Part shown: piece by piece, positions 41,714-60,167 of the stretch | How the letters are laid out: every line of letters begins with the position of its first letter | How positions within the stretch are numbered: position 1 is the stretch's first letter | Assembly (NCBI GenBank): GCA_964016885.1 | Contig: OZ024743.1 | Coordinates: 361,026,001-361,090,000, forward strand | Length of the DNA stretch: 64,000 nt | From: Eledone cirrhosa | Taxonomy: Eukaryota | Direction of reading: 5' to 3' | Notes under the pieces: generated by a model | Database searches by the model: none | What the model saw: the letters and a program-made list of their open reading frames with translations, nothing else | What the model was told of the DNA's origin: nothing | Position numbers and translations under genes: made by a program

Positions 41714-42140
41714 CATACATACATACATACATGGTGGCTGCCAACTCGTTTTCGAGTACGGTCACTACTTTATATCCATGTAGGAGAACCCCTACCGATG
41801 CGCTGAACGAGTGTGACTTTTAAGTCCAGCCAGTGACTTGAAAACTCTGGTACAAACACTACACTTGTGACAATTATTGACACATAGTGCTGGGCCCATG
41901 GTACCATGTGACGGCAAGTGCAGAGAGATCTCCAGATATAAAGCAGTGCCTGCGCCGTGAAGCTTTTATAGTGAGCAAAGGCACTGCACAAAGCCAGTCC
42001 CACTCTCTTAACCAAGATGATATTTACCAAAAAGAAGAACAAGTCAACATCATTGGATACCATCAGGGTTGCAGGTGTTATATCAGAGTTTTCCTTCTCC
42101 TAGAATTGTGCCTTGACAAAGGCTAAGGGGTCATCTCTCC
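41714..42140 (-). mobile_element. Bipartite non-autonomous RTE derivative (5' UTR + 3' end) with (ATGT)n tail
   Basis: 5' part has the RTE UTR motif CTAGGAGAAGGAAAACTCTGA. 3' part encodes CSVCTRVFKSLAGLKSHTRSAHR* (RTE C-terminal C2H2 finger), then a short UTR and (ATGT)n. Confidence 0.75.
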
Positions 42141-42190
42141 CATACATACATACATACATACATACATACATACATACATACATAATACAT

Positions 42191-45100
42191 CAGTCAACGC
42201 GATCAGTCGCATATTTTGGCGTGGGAGACTATTTATTAAATTTAAGATGAATACTATCTCCGACAGTAATGCCACAACTACAGCCAGGTTGAATAACTGG
42301 TTATTCTTCTAACTATCCCTTCTGAAGACACCTTTTATTCGAATTCGTAGAGATATCCGACTAAATACATAATTCATTTTACAAGGATTTGCTACAAACA
42401 GCATGGCTGAACACAACATCAACAAGAAAATTAAAGAAGTATCGAAGACAAAAAACAAAGAAGGTAATCAAACTTTATTCAGTTGTAGCTACAGAAGGAA
42501 CCGAAATTATAAATCGCATTTCTCTTGGAGTTGCGAACTTAATAATGATTTATTTAATTGTTATAAAATGGCAAAAAATAATCCCTCCATTGGCTATATA
42601 AATAGAATGAAGCTACACTGGGACGAAATGCACCCAGGGCTAAACTATTTCACAGCGAAACAATTACCGCAACAAGCGACGTTTGTTGAACGTAAAAATA
42701 AGATAATTATTATTAATTGTAAGTCCCCCACAACAAACATGTAATCAACAACACGTGCTACAGATCGCCATGCTACTAGAATTCCTAGCAGCCAGGTCGA
42801 ACACCGCCTTGAAACAACTATGCCTGTACCATCTAAGTCTACCTCGAATGCTGGAGAAAACACTATCGATAATAATAATAATCGAAGAAATAATAATAAT
42901 AATCGAATAAATGTGACAGCACGTATACCATCCGAGTCTACCGCGACTGTTGTGGAAAATACTATCGATAATGATAATCAAAAGTATAAACAATTGAAAA
43001 TATCCCTCAACGAAATCTTCCAGAGAGAAATTAACTCATGTATAAATATCTCTCTGGCTGAACGTGTTAAAATGACAATGGTGAATAAAAAACCAAATAA
43101 TGAAATACTACGTGTTATTGACGAAATTGGGGATGAATATTTACGACGGATAAAAACCCCAACCTTTTGGCAATCAACGCCTGTTTATATGCCTTAGCAA
43201 TGAAAGTGAAGCATTATCTTGGTTAGAGCAGAGATATTAACAAGAACAAAACACCACCAAAAATACCATCATATATAACTAAAATAGAAAAAAAGAGTGC
43301 TGACCTACGAAAAAACATAGGACATGTGATAATGCTCCTTACATGCAAACAAACACAAAAAAACCTCACTCCTCACCAACGAAGAGTCAAAAATAAAATA
43401 GAGACGATGTTTGGTAACAGTAGCACCAGAACTCTCCAATATAAGCTGATCACCCTCAAACAAGAATTGAGAGCTGTTAGCGAAAAACGCCAATACCTGA
43501 AGAAGGTAGATGAGAGAAAAGTGCTTAATAAAAGATTCAGACGAAACCAAACATCAGTCTAGAGAGATATGAAGGGCAAAATAATAAGTGTCACTGAGGC
43601 CCCATCCCAGAAAGACATAGATTCCTTTTGGAGAAAAATATGGGGTGAAAAGAAGAATTTCAACCAAGACGCCGTGTGGCTAAGAGAAATCCGAAAGAAC
43701 TATTGCTCCTACACTACAACAAAAACATACGAAATAAGTGAGGGTACCCTTGAGACTGTGATAGGAAAATTCCAAGATAAGAAAACACCAGGAAGGGACA
43801 TGATTGTCGGCTACTGGTACACAAAACTAATATTCTATCGGAGGTATCTAACTGACCTCTACCAACAAGTTCTTAAGGGAGATACACTTATAGCAGAATG
43901 GTTGACATTAGCACAAACGTTACTGGTCCCCAAGAACAAAGACATCCACTTGGCTAAAAACTACCGACCCATTGCATGCCAGAACCTGATGTATAAGATG
44001 TATACAGCCTGCCTCAACCTGTTCCTCCAAGATCACTGTGAAAATAATAACATCATCACAGATGAACAAGCAGCTGGAAAGAAAAGGGTTTGGGGATGTG
44101 CTGAACAACTCCTCATCAACAAAACTGCGATGTCGGAGGTGCGAAAACTTAGGAGGAATATGACTACAGTCTGGCTGGACTACAAGAAAGCTTTCGATTC
44201 TGTTCCCCACTCTTGGGTGATAGAGGCCCTCCAACTTGCTAAAGTCCCAGACATTATTGTCAGAGCCATAGAGAGGCTGTCTTCTTCTTGGGCTACTATC
44301 CTAAGGTTAAAGACAGAGAGGGAGGACTCTATTTTCACTAATAAAATAAAATATTGCAGGGGTATATTTCAGGGGGGACAGTCTCTCTGTGATATTGTTC
44401 ATCTTGTCATTAAACCCCTTGTCCTTTCTGCTCAAGAAATGTGAGGGATACATCATTGGCTCACAGGAGGACAGAAATACGAACCTAACCCATAACTTCT
44501 TTGTGGACGATCTGAAACTCTATGCCAAAACATGGATGAGATGAAGAAAAATCTTGACCTGGTTACAACGTTCTCAAAGGATATAGGAATGGAGTTTGGC
44601 CAAGATAAATGCTCATACATGACTGTAAAGCGGGGAAAAACAACAACCCAATCTAGCAACATTGTCATCAATGGTCTAACTGTTTCACCGATATCTGATG
44701 AGGACTGCCACAGATACCTGGGGATAGATGAGAAGATATCCTATAATGGTATCTGTAATAAAGAACGCGTAACCATGGAATACTATACTCGATTAAGAAA
44801 GATCTGGTCATCGGAACTCTCTGCGCAAAACAAAATAGTGGCTCACAGTGTGTTTGCTGTGCCTGTCCTAACACCAACGTTTGGAATACTCAATTGGACG
44901 ATAGACGAAATCCGAGCAGTTGATGTTGGAACTCGAAAAATACTGAACAACACCGGAAACTTCCACATCAACAGTGACATAGACCGCCTTTACTTGAAAC
45001 GTAAGCAGGGAGGCAGAGGCCTAACATCAGTCCAGACATTTGAATGTCGCATCATATCTCCCCGACAACATCTACGAACCTCGAAGCGTAGGAGCCCGCT

Positions 45101-46256
45101 TCTCGAGCAAGTCTATCTGCATGAAACAGATAAGATCATGAGGATTGGGAAGGAACTCCTTCAGAGATATTCCCTGTGTGACAATCAAAACCTCACACCC
45201 AGTGATGTCGCTCAGCAGTATCGCAGTGAATCCATGGATGAAAAACTGCATGCCTAACAGCAAACAATCATGCATGGATATGTTGCCAGGAAGCTCCAGA
45301 GTGAGAGTAATATAGATAAGGAAAATAGTCTATCTTGGACCAACAACCGCTATATTGGCTCCCACGTTGAAGGATACGCTTTTGCAATCCAAGAACAGGA
45401 GATTAGCACGAAATACCTGATTCACAAAAGAGATAGGGATGCAGGCAAAACACCTAGATGTGATAACAAGTGCAGACTCTGCAGAGCTAACATCGAGGAT
45501 ATCACCCATGTCATCAGCAGCTGGTCAAAGATGTCATCGCGGTACTATCTGCCTATGAGGCATGATGTAGTGGCCAAAACACTGTACAATGCAGTTCGTA
45601 AAAAAGATAGCCCCGATAATAAACACATTAAAAGCTACAACAATGTGGAATACATTCATGTACATAATATGAAAAAGTACTGGTGGAATGTTACAGTAAA
45701 AACCCCTATAAAATGCAGGCATAACAGACCAGATATTATGATATGGGACAGGGAGAAGAAAACATGCACAGTAGTGGAAATTAGCTGCCCAGCAGATGCC
45801 AATATAATATCATGGATTAGTGAAAAGGAGAATATTTATGCAGAACTGATGAGAAATCTGCAGATACTCCACCCTGATTACACCTTCAGATTTATGCCTG
45901 TGATTATTGGGGCACTGGGATATGTTAGTAACTGCCTCAATACAAATCTTGAGAAGCTAGGCTTCACAGGAACAGAAAGAACACAACTAGTTAGGAAATT
46001 ACAAGTACAATCCATTAATGGAACAGTAAAAATATGTAAAACATTCAAAAAGTTCTAATGACTCCATATACACATGTACAGAAAAAATAATATACACATG
46101 CACACATATAACTCAAATTATACACCTCCACACATACACTAACATCCATACTGCACACACATGCTTGCATATATATATACTTAGTTGATGTTATGTACAT
46201 TCCAATTAGAGAGACTTGTATCTATGTTTTAGGAATTATAAACCCTGAAAAACATA
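42191..46256 (+). mobile_element. Full-length degenerate R4/Dong-clade element in (TACA)n, copy 1
   Basis: ORF pieces 42403-46058 with NYRPIAC, WLDYKKAFDSVPHSW, GIFQG, FVDDLKL, CRLC..EDITHVIS, RHD, RPDIMIWD..VEISCP..K..Y, PVIIGALG. TACA repeats at both ends. Confidence 0.93.
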
Positions 46257-46279
46257 CATATATATATATATATAGTAAT

Positions 46280-46800
46280 AATAATACATTTGAAGACTAA
46301 AATCCAAAGAGGGCTCGATAAGGATAAATATATATCAAATATATAAGAACCGTAGAGCAAATATTTATTAAAATAACAAATTAAAGTTTAAGCACATAAT
46401 CGCTGCTTTCACCCTTAACGGGATCTTCTGAAACTAAAAATATCAATCTGTGAACGCAGAAGTAAATATTTCGAAAAACGTTGCAACCGAAGGAAGACAG
46501 GAAGACGATACTTTGGTTCGTGGAAACGTTCCCTGGCAAAGAACGGAAAAAAACGAAAATAATACGTCATAATTAGAAACGGTGAAAACAAATACATGCA
46601 AAGACAAAACCACGTTTATGGTATAAATGAAGTCGTAGACTAATATTCTATTAGGTCGTTCGTGGAGACGTTCTCTGGCAATGAACGGAAAAAACGAAGA
46701 TAAAACGTCTATAAAACGTAGACTAAAATTCTATTAAGGAAACCGAATGATACTCGGATTCAGAGTTAAGAATATTGTAAATACATTACAGAGGTAATTG
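46280..46800 (-). mobile_element. Probable PLE pseudo-LTR / UTR with internal repeats
   Basis: Minus strand CAGAAGA-T-CCC-GTTAA-GGG-T-GAAAG at about 46400-46432. About 50-bp repeat TCGTGGA.ACGTTC.CTGGCAA.GAACGGAAAAAA at 46518 and 46660. Confidence 0.45.
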
Positions 46801-47024
46801 AAATCAACAAAAATTAAATATATACATGCCCGCATCCATATACGTACATACACATGCATACGCGAAAACACCCGCCATGGGTATGCAAGTACAAGCACAT
46901 ACACAAAAATCCACGCATGCACATACAGAACTCACGCAACGCCTGTATCCATACGAACGTATACACCAAATACACATTTAAAAAAATAGATAACAAATAT
47001 ATATATATATATATGTGTGTACAC

Positions 47025-47628
<604 letters not shown>

Positions 47629-48901
47629 CAATCTACGTTGCCGGGAGGTCGGACTATGAAGCGTTGAGAATATAGTATGATTGTATAGAGCCAAATGCGG
47701 AGAGACGCTATTAACTAGCTAATGTATGTGGATGAGCATATCATACTTCACATTAATGTATGAGAAACAGCGAAAGAAAGTGAACTATAGAAAGAATAGA
47801 CTTGTACTTTATTAATAGATCTCGGAAATCTGAAAGACAATATGAGCACATCGATATTTGATTATTGATTGCTGATGACCAGAGCGAATAGTAAATACAT
47901 TATCCGAATCACTGCTGACTCGGCCAACTATTGCTGCTTCTGCTACTGTTGCAGGCATTGTTACTGTTATTACTACTGGATCCAATAACAAGACATCGTC
48001 GTGACAATTGGAAAGAAGACCGCATTCAAAAGTTATCAAAGTCTTGGTAAAATCCACCAAAAATGCGATATTAAGATTCAGCCCTTCTAAACAGACTTGC
48101 TGATTCAACACTCCGAGTGTTCTTATTGCGTGCTCACTCATTAACTCTCAATAACTGTCCACTAATACATGCTATCTATGTACCTTGTGTTGTGTACATC
48201 CGGCATTTGGATTGATTTTCGTATTGCCTGGCTGGGTTTCTAGCAATAACTCTAACCACGATAGTCCAGTATCTTATTAGTCGTTGACGACCGTAATATG
48301 CTACAGGTTTTACTGGATTATATTTTACTTGTAGCACACAAACGTTACATGATGCTGAGATATGAAATATCGCCATGACAAACTAACATCCAATAAAGTA
48401 TTCACCTTTTACGTTTAATAAATGAATACTACAAATATAATAGCTTAATCATCAGAGGCAAACATCCGTTAACAGTAATAAAGTTTATCCTGAATTAATA
48501 CGAGTCAGGAAAACTAGACAATCGAGATATTCCCCGTGATGGCTGTCCTTAACGAGTTAAATATGTTTTAGACTCCGTTTCTTCGGCTTATGCATATCTG
48601 AAAATAATGAGAAATAGCATGAAACAAAATAAGATAAAATAAAGCATCTATCAAAAATAAGTCTAAATACTATTAGTATTCAAATTCTTTTCACACTAGC
48701 TTAGCTGAACACCTAGCGTGTTGAGACGTACCTAAAGGATTGGGGAGAAACCAGGAAAAGCGCAAAGTATCACAATTTCACACTCAATCTACACACCTTA
48801 TCCTTCTCACATCTCTCTCTATATATATTTCTCTTTGTATAAACTTACACAAATACACACAAATATATGTATGGAACAAACACACACACACACCAAGGAC
48901 A

Positions 48902-49337
<436 letters not shown>

Positions 49338-49427
49338 GAATACAAATAAAATATAGAGTTATTAACTAATATTGATATCCTGCAATAACAAGCTCAAGTC
49401 TAAATACTGAGCATTAAATAAAATATA

Positions 49428-49620
49428 AGGCGGTGGATTGGCAGTATCGGTGGAGGGTCGGACGCCATGCTTTCCAGCATAGTTACGTCCCTTTATGATC
49501 TGAGTTCAAATCCCGCCGAGGTTGACTTTGCCTTTCATCCTTACGGGGTCGATAAAATAAAGTACCAGTAATGCACTGGGTAATTGCTGGCCTTGTGCCT
49601 AAAGTAGAAACAATTATAAT
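49428..49620 (+). mobile_element. tRNA-derived SINE
   Basis: A and B boxes, core and tail as in the other copies. Confidence 0.9.
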
Positions 49621-49764
49621 ATTAATAAGTGTGGAAGTAAACACAGTAAATTCTGCGTATAAAATTACGAGGGTAGATTTCACCACAAATGTTATATATA
49701 TTTAAACTGAAGCATACAGTTTGGTACAAGGTTTCCTATACATACCGTATCAATAACGATTTCA

Positions 49765-49854
49765 TCTCTCGGACAGAACAAAGATTTAATCTGTTTCGCC
49801 ATGAAAAAATTGTGTTTGTAACAAGTAATCCTTAGGCATTTCGTCAGCGAGAGA
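49765..49854 (-). ncRNA. Type I HHR of family J, intact core
   Basis: UCUCUCG-CUGACGA-AAU-GCC..GGC-GAAAC-AGA..UCU-GUC^CGAGAGA. Confidence 0.82.
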
Positions 49855-50088
49855 TTAGATTAAATGATACAGAACACCTATAACAAGAAACTCACGGAAG
49901 TAGAATCCTCGTGCGTTGAAAGTCATACGTGGTGCGAGTGGTTATGCTAGAAATAATAGCCCAAATACACTCATTGTTATAAGCTCACCAGATAGGGAAC
50001 AGAAATACAAATAAAATATAGAGTTATTAACTCATATTGATACCCTGCAATTAACAAGCTGAAAGTATAAATACTGAGCATTATAATA

Positions 50089-50190
<102 letters not shown>

Positions 50191-50489
50191 TATTATAATG
50201 GTCAGTATTCATACTGTCACCCAAAATTCAAAATTCATGGCGTGGACAGATCTCGCTACATATATATATATATATATATATATATGTAGCGAGATCTGTC
50301 CACGCCATGAATTTTGGGTGACACCTAAAGGTCAAATATTGGGCCACCACTCTTTTGGTGTGAACAGGTTGATGCGTGTGACTATCCTCTCAAGGGGAGG
50401 GGAATAGGAAGCTATAGGTATATATAGCCTATTTTCTTCCACCTTAGACACAGAGACATCGAGCGCAACAAATTATGTAAAGATTAACC

Positions 50490-50690
50490 GCCAACTTCAG
50501 ACCCCAGAGGTCTACAGAAAAGCCAGAGACATACGCTAGCAACTAACTATGTAAGGATTCACTACTATCAATAGACCCCAGTGATCTACAGAAATAGAGA
50601 CATCGGAGTACCCCACTACAGAACCAGTTATGTGAAAGATTCACCACTATCAACAGACCCCATGAGGTCTACAGATACACACACAGAGAT
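50490..50690 (+). repeat. Three diverged tandem repeats of 75-82 bp
   Basis: AGACCCCA(GA/GT/TGA)G(G/A)TCTACAGA at about 50500, 50573 and 50655. ATTCAC.ACTATCAA occurs twice. Confidence 0.75.
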
Positions 50691-51090
50691 TTGAGCCCTA
50701 CTGCTACAGGCCATGTACAGGCCACGGTGGTTCACAGTTACCATAACAGAGGTATACAAACCATATCTCTCTCCTTTACTCACTACGGTCTAAGAATTAC
50801 TACCACGGACTCCAACTTCCAACAACATTATCTGTTCGCTCGCTGTTTTCACATAAAAAACATTAAAATTAACAAAAAATTAACAACTCTTGGTAACTGT
50901 TTTTTTGTACATTTTAATTGATTCACGTGAAGTAAACCATGTATAAACCAAATCATTTATTCTTTATATTCTCTTTATTACACCTATTCTTATTATTCTT
51001 GTTATTATCATATCAACTAATAACCACATACAACCATTTTATATAAATTACTTATTTCATACTCTTCGTTAAATATATGTATATATATAT

Positions 51091-52041
51091 ATAAACGGAA
51101 AAAATGAAACGATATTTCATTTCCCACTCTTAGTACGGCTGTTACTTAAATATAAGTATGTACACGCACATACATATATGTATACCGACGTACAGTAGTA
51201 TGTATATATATATATATATACATATATGCACACATATATATATGCACGTATGGATTCACCGAATATTTATATATATGCACACATATATATATGCAACGGT
51301 GGTTGCTAGACACTACGGCTCAATACGGGATGTTTGTTTACAAACACACCGAGCATTATAATAAATATTCGGTGAATCCATACGTGCATATATATATATG
51401 TGTGCATGTATGTATATATATATATATATACATACTACTGTACGTCGGTATACATATATGTATGTACGTGTACATACTTATATTTAAGTAACAGCCGTAC
51501 TAAGAGTGGGAAATGAAATATCGTTTCATTTTTTCCGTCTATCGTTTTCGGTGCACCCGGCCGATTAACCCACTCGATATGCAAATTGGGCTACTCAGCC
51601 GTTAATATGCATAAGGTAAGTATATACGTTCAACAATGTGGCAGGAAGGTATACGTTGCTGACGATAGCTAACAAGCTTGAAACTAGTACAGCGTTCCTT
51701 TGTCAGTGTTGAACAAACGAGCAACGGTGGTTGCTAGACACTACGGCTTAATACGGGATGTTTGTTTACAAACACACCGAGCATTATAATAAATATTCGG
51801 TGAATCCATACGTGCATATATATATATGTGTGCATGTATGTATATATATATACATACTACTGTACGTCGGTATACATATATGTATGTACGTGTACATACT
51901 TATATTTAAGTAACAGCCGTACTAAGAGTGGGAAATGAAATATCGTTTCATTTTTTCCGTTTATCGTTTTCGGTGCACCCGGCCGATTAACCCACTCGAT
52001 ATGCAAATTGGGCTACTCAGCCGTTAATATGCATAAGGTAC
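51091..52041 (+). mobile_element. Family C: inverted fragment (51091-51270) plus about 1.8 head-to-tail units
   Basis: ATCGTTTTCGGTGCACCCGG at 51541 and 51963 (period 422). HHR at 51653-51695. Confidence 0.9.
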
Positions 52042-52042
52042 G

Positions 52043-52367
52043 TATATATGCTATTTTCAAAAGTACACAATGATTGATCGGCCTGATTTGCATATTAGCA
52101 GACTGACTGATCAGTCAGATCTGCATATTAGCAGATCCACTGATCAGCCAGATTTGTATATCAGCAGACTGGCGAGTCAGTTTCCTGTATACGAGCGGTA
52201 AATGGCCGGCGTTGCCAAATTCAAACAAAAAATAAAATGTTCGCTCTACATGGCTGAATACAATCAATTCAATCTGAGTTTTTCGAATATTAATAATAAC
52301 ATTCGATTTGGTTGCAATTATGCAAACAAGCCTCAATTTTATAGCCATGTCAGTAGAATGAACCCTT
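52043..52367 (-). mobile_element. Family B partial copy, circularly permuted relative to 12954-13309
   Basis: Block order is [13187-13309]-[83 new nt]-[12954-13072]. It stops before the HHR. Confidence 0.85.
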
Positions 52368-52374
52368 TATCGAA

Positions 52375-57138
<4,764 letters not shown>

Positions 57139-57224
57139 GAAGGGATATTTAATTTGTTGGAAAACCAACAAATATAAATGTTTATAACTGATTCAGAGTA
57201 CTCGACATATTTCTGGAATTTATA

Positions 57225-58135
<911 letters not shown>

Positions 58136-59049
58136 ATGTGTGTGTGTTTATCGAAATATATTTAGTGTGTTTTATTGCACTATATTGTCTTGTTACATTA
58201 CAACACAATTGTATGAGATTTTATAGAGATGAATAGATTTATAGAGTATTCTATCAAATACTACAAGAAATGAAATTTGTTAAATAAAACCAAAATAACA
58301 CAGAATTCAACGTGCAAACAATTTTCAACATGAAACCACACACGAGCAGCATAGTCTTCATCAATTAAGACAATTAATGTCATAAGGAAATCTCAAGTCA
58401 CGTAGGAAAAGTTTAACATTCTTGACAAAATGGTTAATGGGGCACATAAGTACTACTTTTTCACGTCTGTTATCCATGTATTTCCTACAAGGAGATAACG
58501 TAGGTACGAAGCAAATGTATATAGATAGCGAAAAGAGTAGTAGTTATCACTGCGATCCTATAGGGTATTGATAGTATTGCACAACATACGAGGCGATTAA
58601 CTATGGAACTTTTATTCATAACCAGATACAAGTTACAAATGAATACACAGATTCCATGTGTAATATACAAGAGAGTTTGACAAACCTTAACAGTTGAAAA
58701 AAATGTATAAATAATAAAAACTATTTTATCCATTATAATATTCCCTCGTAGGTATTAGTGACAAAATCAAAGTACCGGAACCTCACGTCAATGCTAAAAT
58801 AATTACATTCTGATAGTGAGAGCAAGACCACAACCGTCTTGAAAGTTAAATAAACTTATGAAACCTATAACAAAAAACCTCAATGAAATATATTATTCTG
58901 CACCACATATAGCTTCACACATAGCCACTAAGCCCATACATTTCTTTTGACAGATCTCAGGAACAATGCTGCATATATATGCACCACTATACAGAATTAT
59001 ATCAAAGTGTCTTTTTAAGCTATTAATTTGATTCCAAACCCTTTATACT

Positions 59050-60060
59050 TGCAATACATGTTAGGCAATTATTTGTCACGAACATACTGCTGCCACAATT
59101 TCTGTGAGATTATGACATTTATTGCGAACAATGAAGCCGTAAACATTGCAGACAGCATTTACCTCATCCACATTGCAGATTAGCATTACATTCATGCTTT
59201 TTAAAAGTATCTGAGCGTTTACAGATACTTCTACAGTTTTAACCATAAACAGAACTTCTTTCCTAGTACGTTCACCTGCAATCATTGATATCGAGGAAGC
59301 CAATACACTAGGCTTTAATTCGAGTTGTTTCACGTTCTGATGATTTTTCCGCATAGGAACTCAATATCAAGTGTCGCTCGGTGCCCTCTGGTCAGTCATT
59401 GAAGACAACATGTTTCGAACGGGTCACTCTAAGGTTCGAACATGTCACCTCTTAGCTTGTGTACAGACGAGTGTAGGATAATAGCTTTTATTCGACCTGA
59501 TCACATTACAGTTTTTAGTGTCTTATGATCATATCTGCCTTGCCACTCTCGACACTAATCCTATGCAGCGCATGTCGCATAGCAGATTTCGAAAGGTTAC
59601 GTACCGTTATGTCATCTACAAATAGAAGCCGACTGATTTGACATATACTTAATTGAGGCCACTTCCAATTCGTCTGTGCAGTTCGATCCGATTCATGAAG
59701 ATTCTAAATAAGGGAGATGAAAATATGTACCCACAGCAATTTCCGAAACCTACATTGGATTGATAGGATTTAGCATAATTGTTTCCGTTCATACATATTA
59801 GTGCATTGGTGGAGGGGCTTCTCTGTGTCTATCGGTTCCATACTACTGGAGAACCTTCCATGAAACCTTTCGTGGCACGTGCTCATATGACTGACAGTGA
59901 TCCACGAAACAACCATACACATCTTGACAATACTCCCATGAAATACGAAGCTGTACTGTAGAATTAACATTTGGCTACCTGAGCTACATCCGTGGGGAAC
60001 ACCATACTGTTTGACTGTTAGCTTGGAATCGCCAATATCCCTACATCTCATTTCCTGACA
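59050..60060 (-). mobile_element. Old RTE (Expander/Rex3-like) RT remnant
   Basis: SWEYCQDVYGCFVD, VPRKVSWKVLQ, SPLFRIFMNRI, ISRLLFVDD across many frameshifts. Confidence 0.7.
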
Positions 60061-60167
60061 CCTAACGTAAACTTTAGCAGGAGTTCACAACAAGGGGATT
60101 ACCATATAATTAAAAGAATTTCACGTTTACATACATACACACATAAATACATACATACATACAATGA

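Larger units (their letters stand above)
49339..50082 (-). mobile_element. HHR family J, 1.15 tandem units interrupted by a SINE
   Basis: About 77-bp direct repeat at 49339-49415 and 50004-50082. Subtracting the SINE leaves a unit of about 470 nt. Confidence 0.78.

Noticed and set aside
47812-48141. 109-aa ORF as a host exon
   Set aside because: No recognisable domain or convincing splice context.
50490-50690. CRISPR-like repeat-spacer array
   Set aside because: The spacers are homologous to each other, the context is eukaryotic and there are no cas genes.
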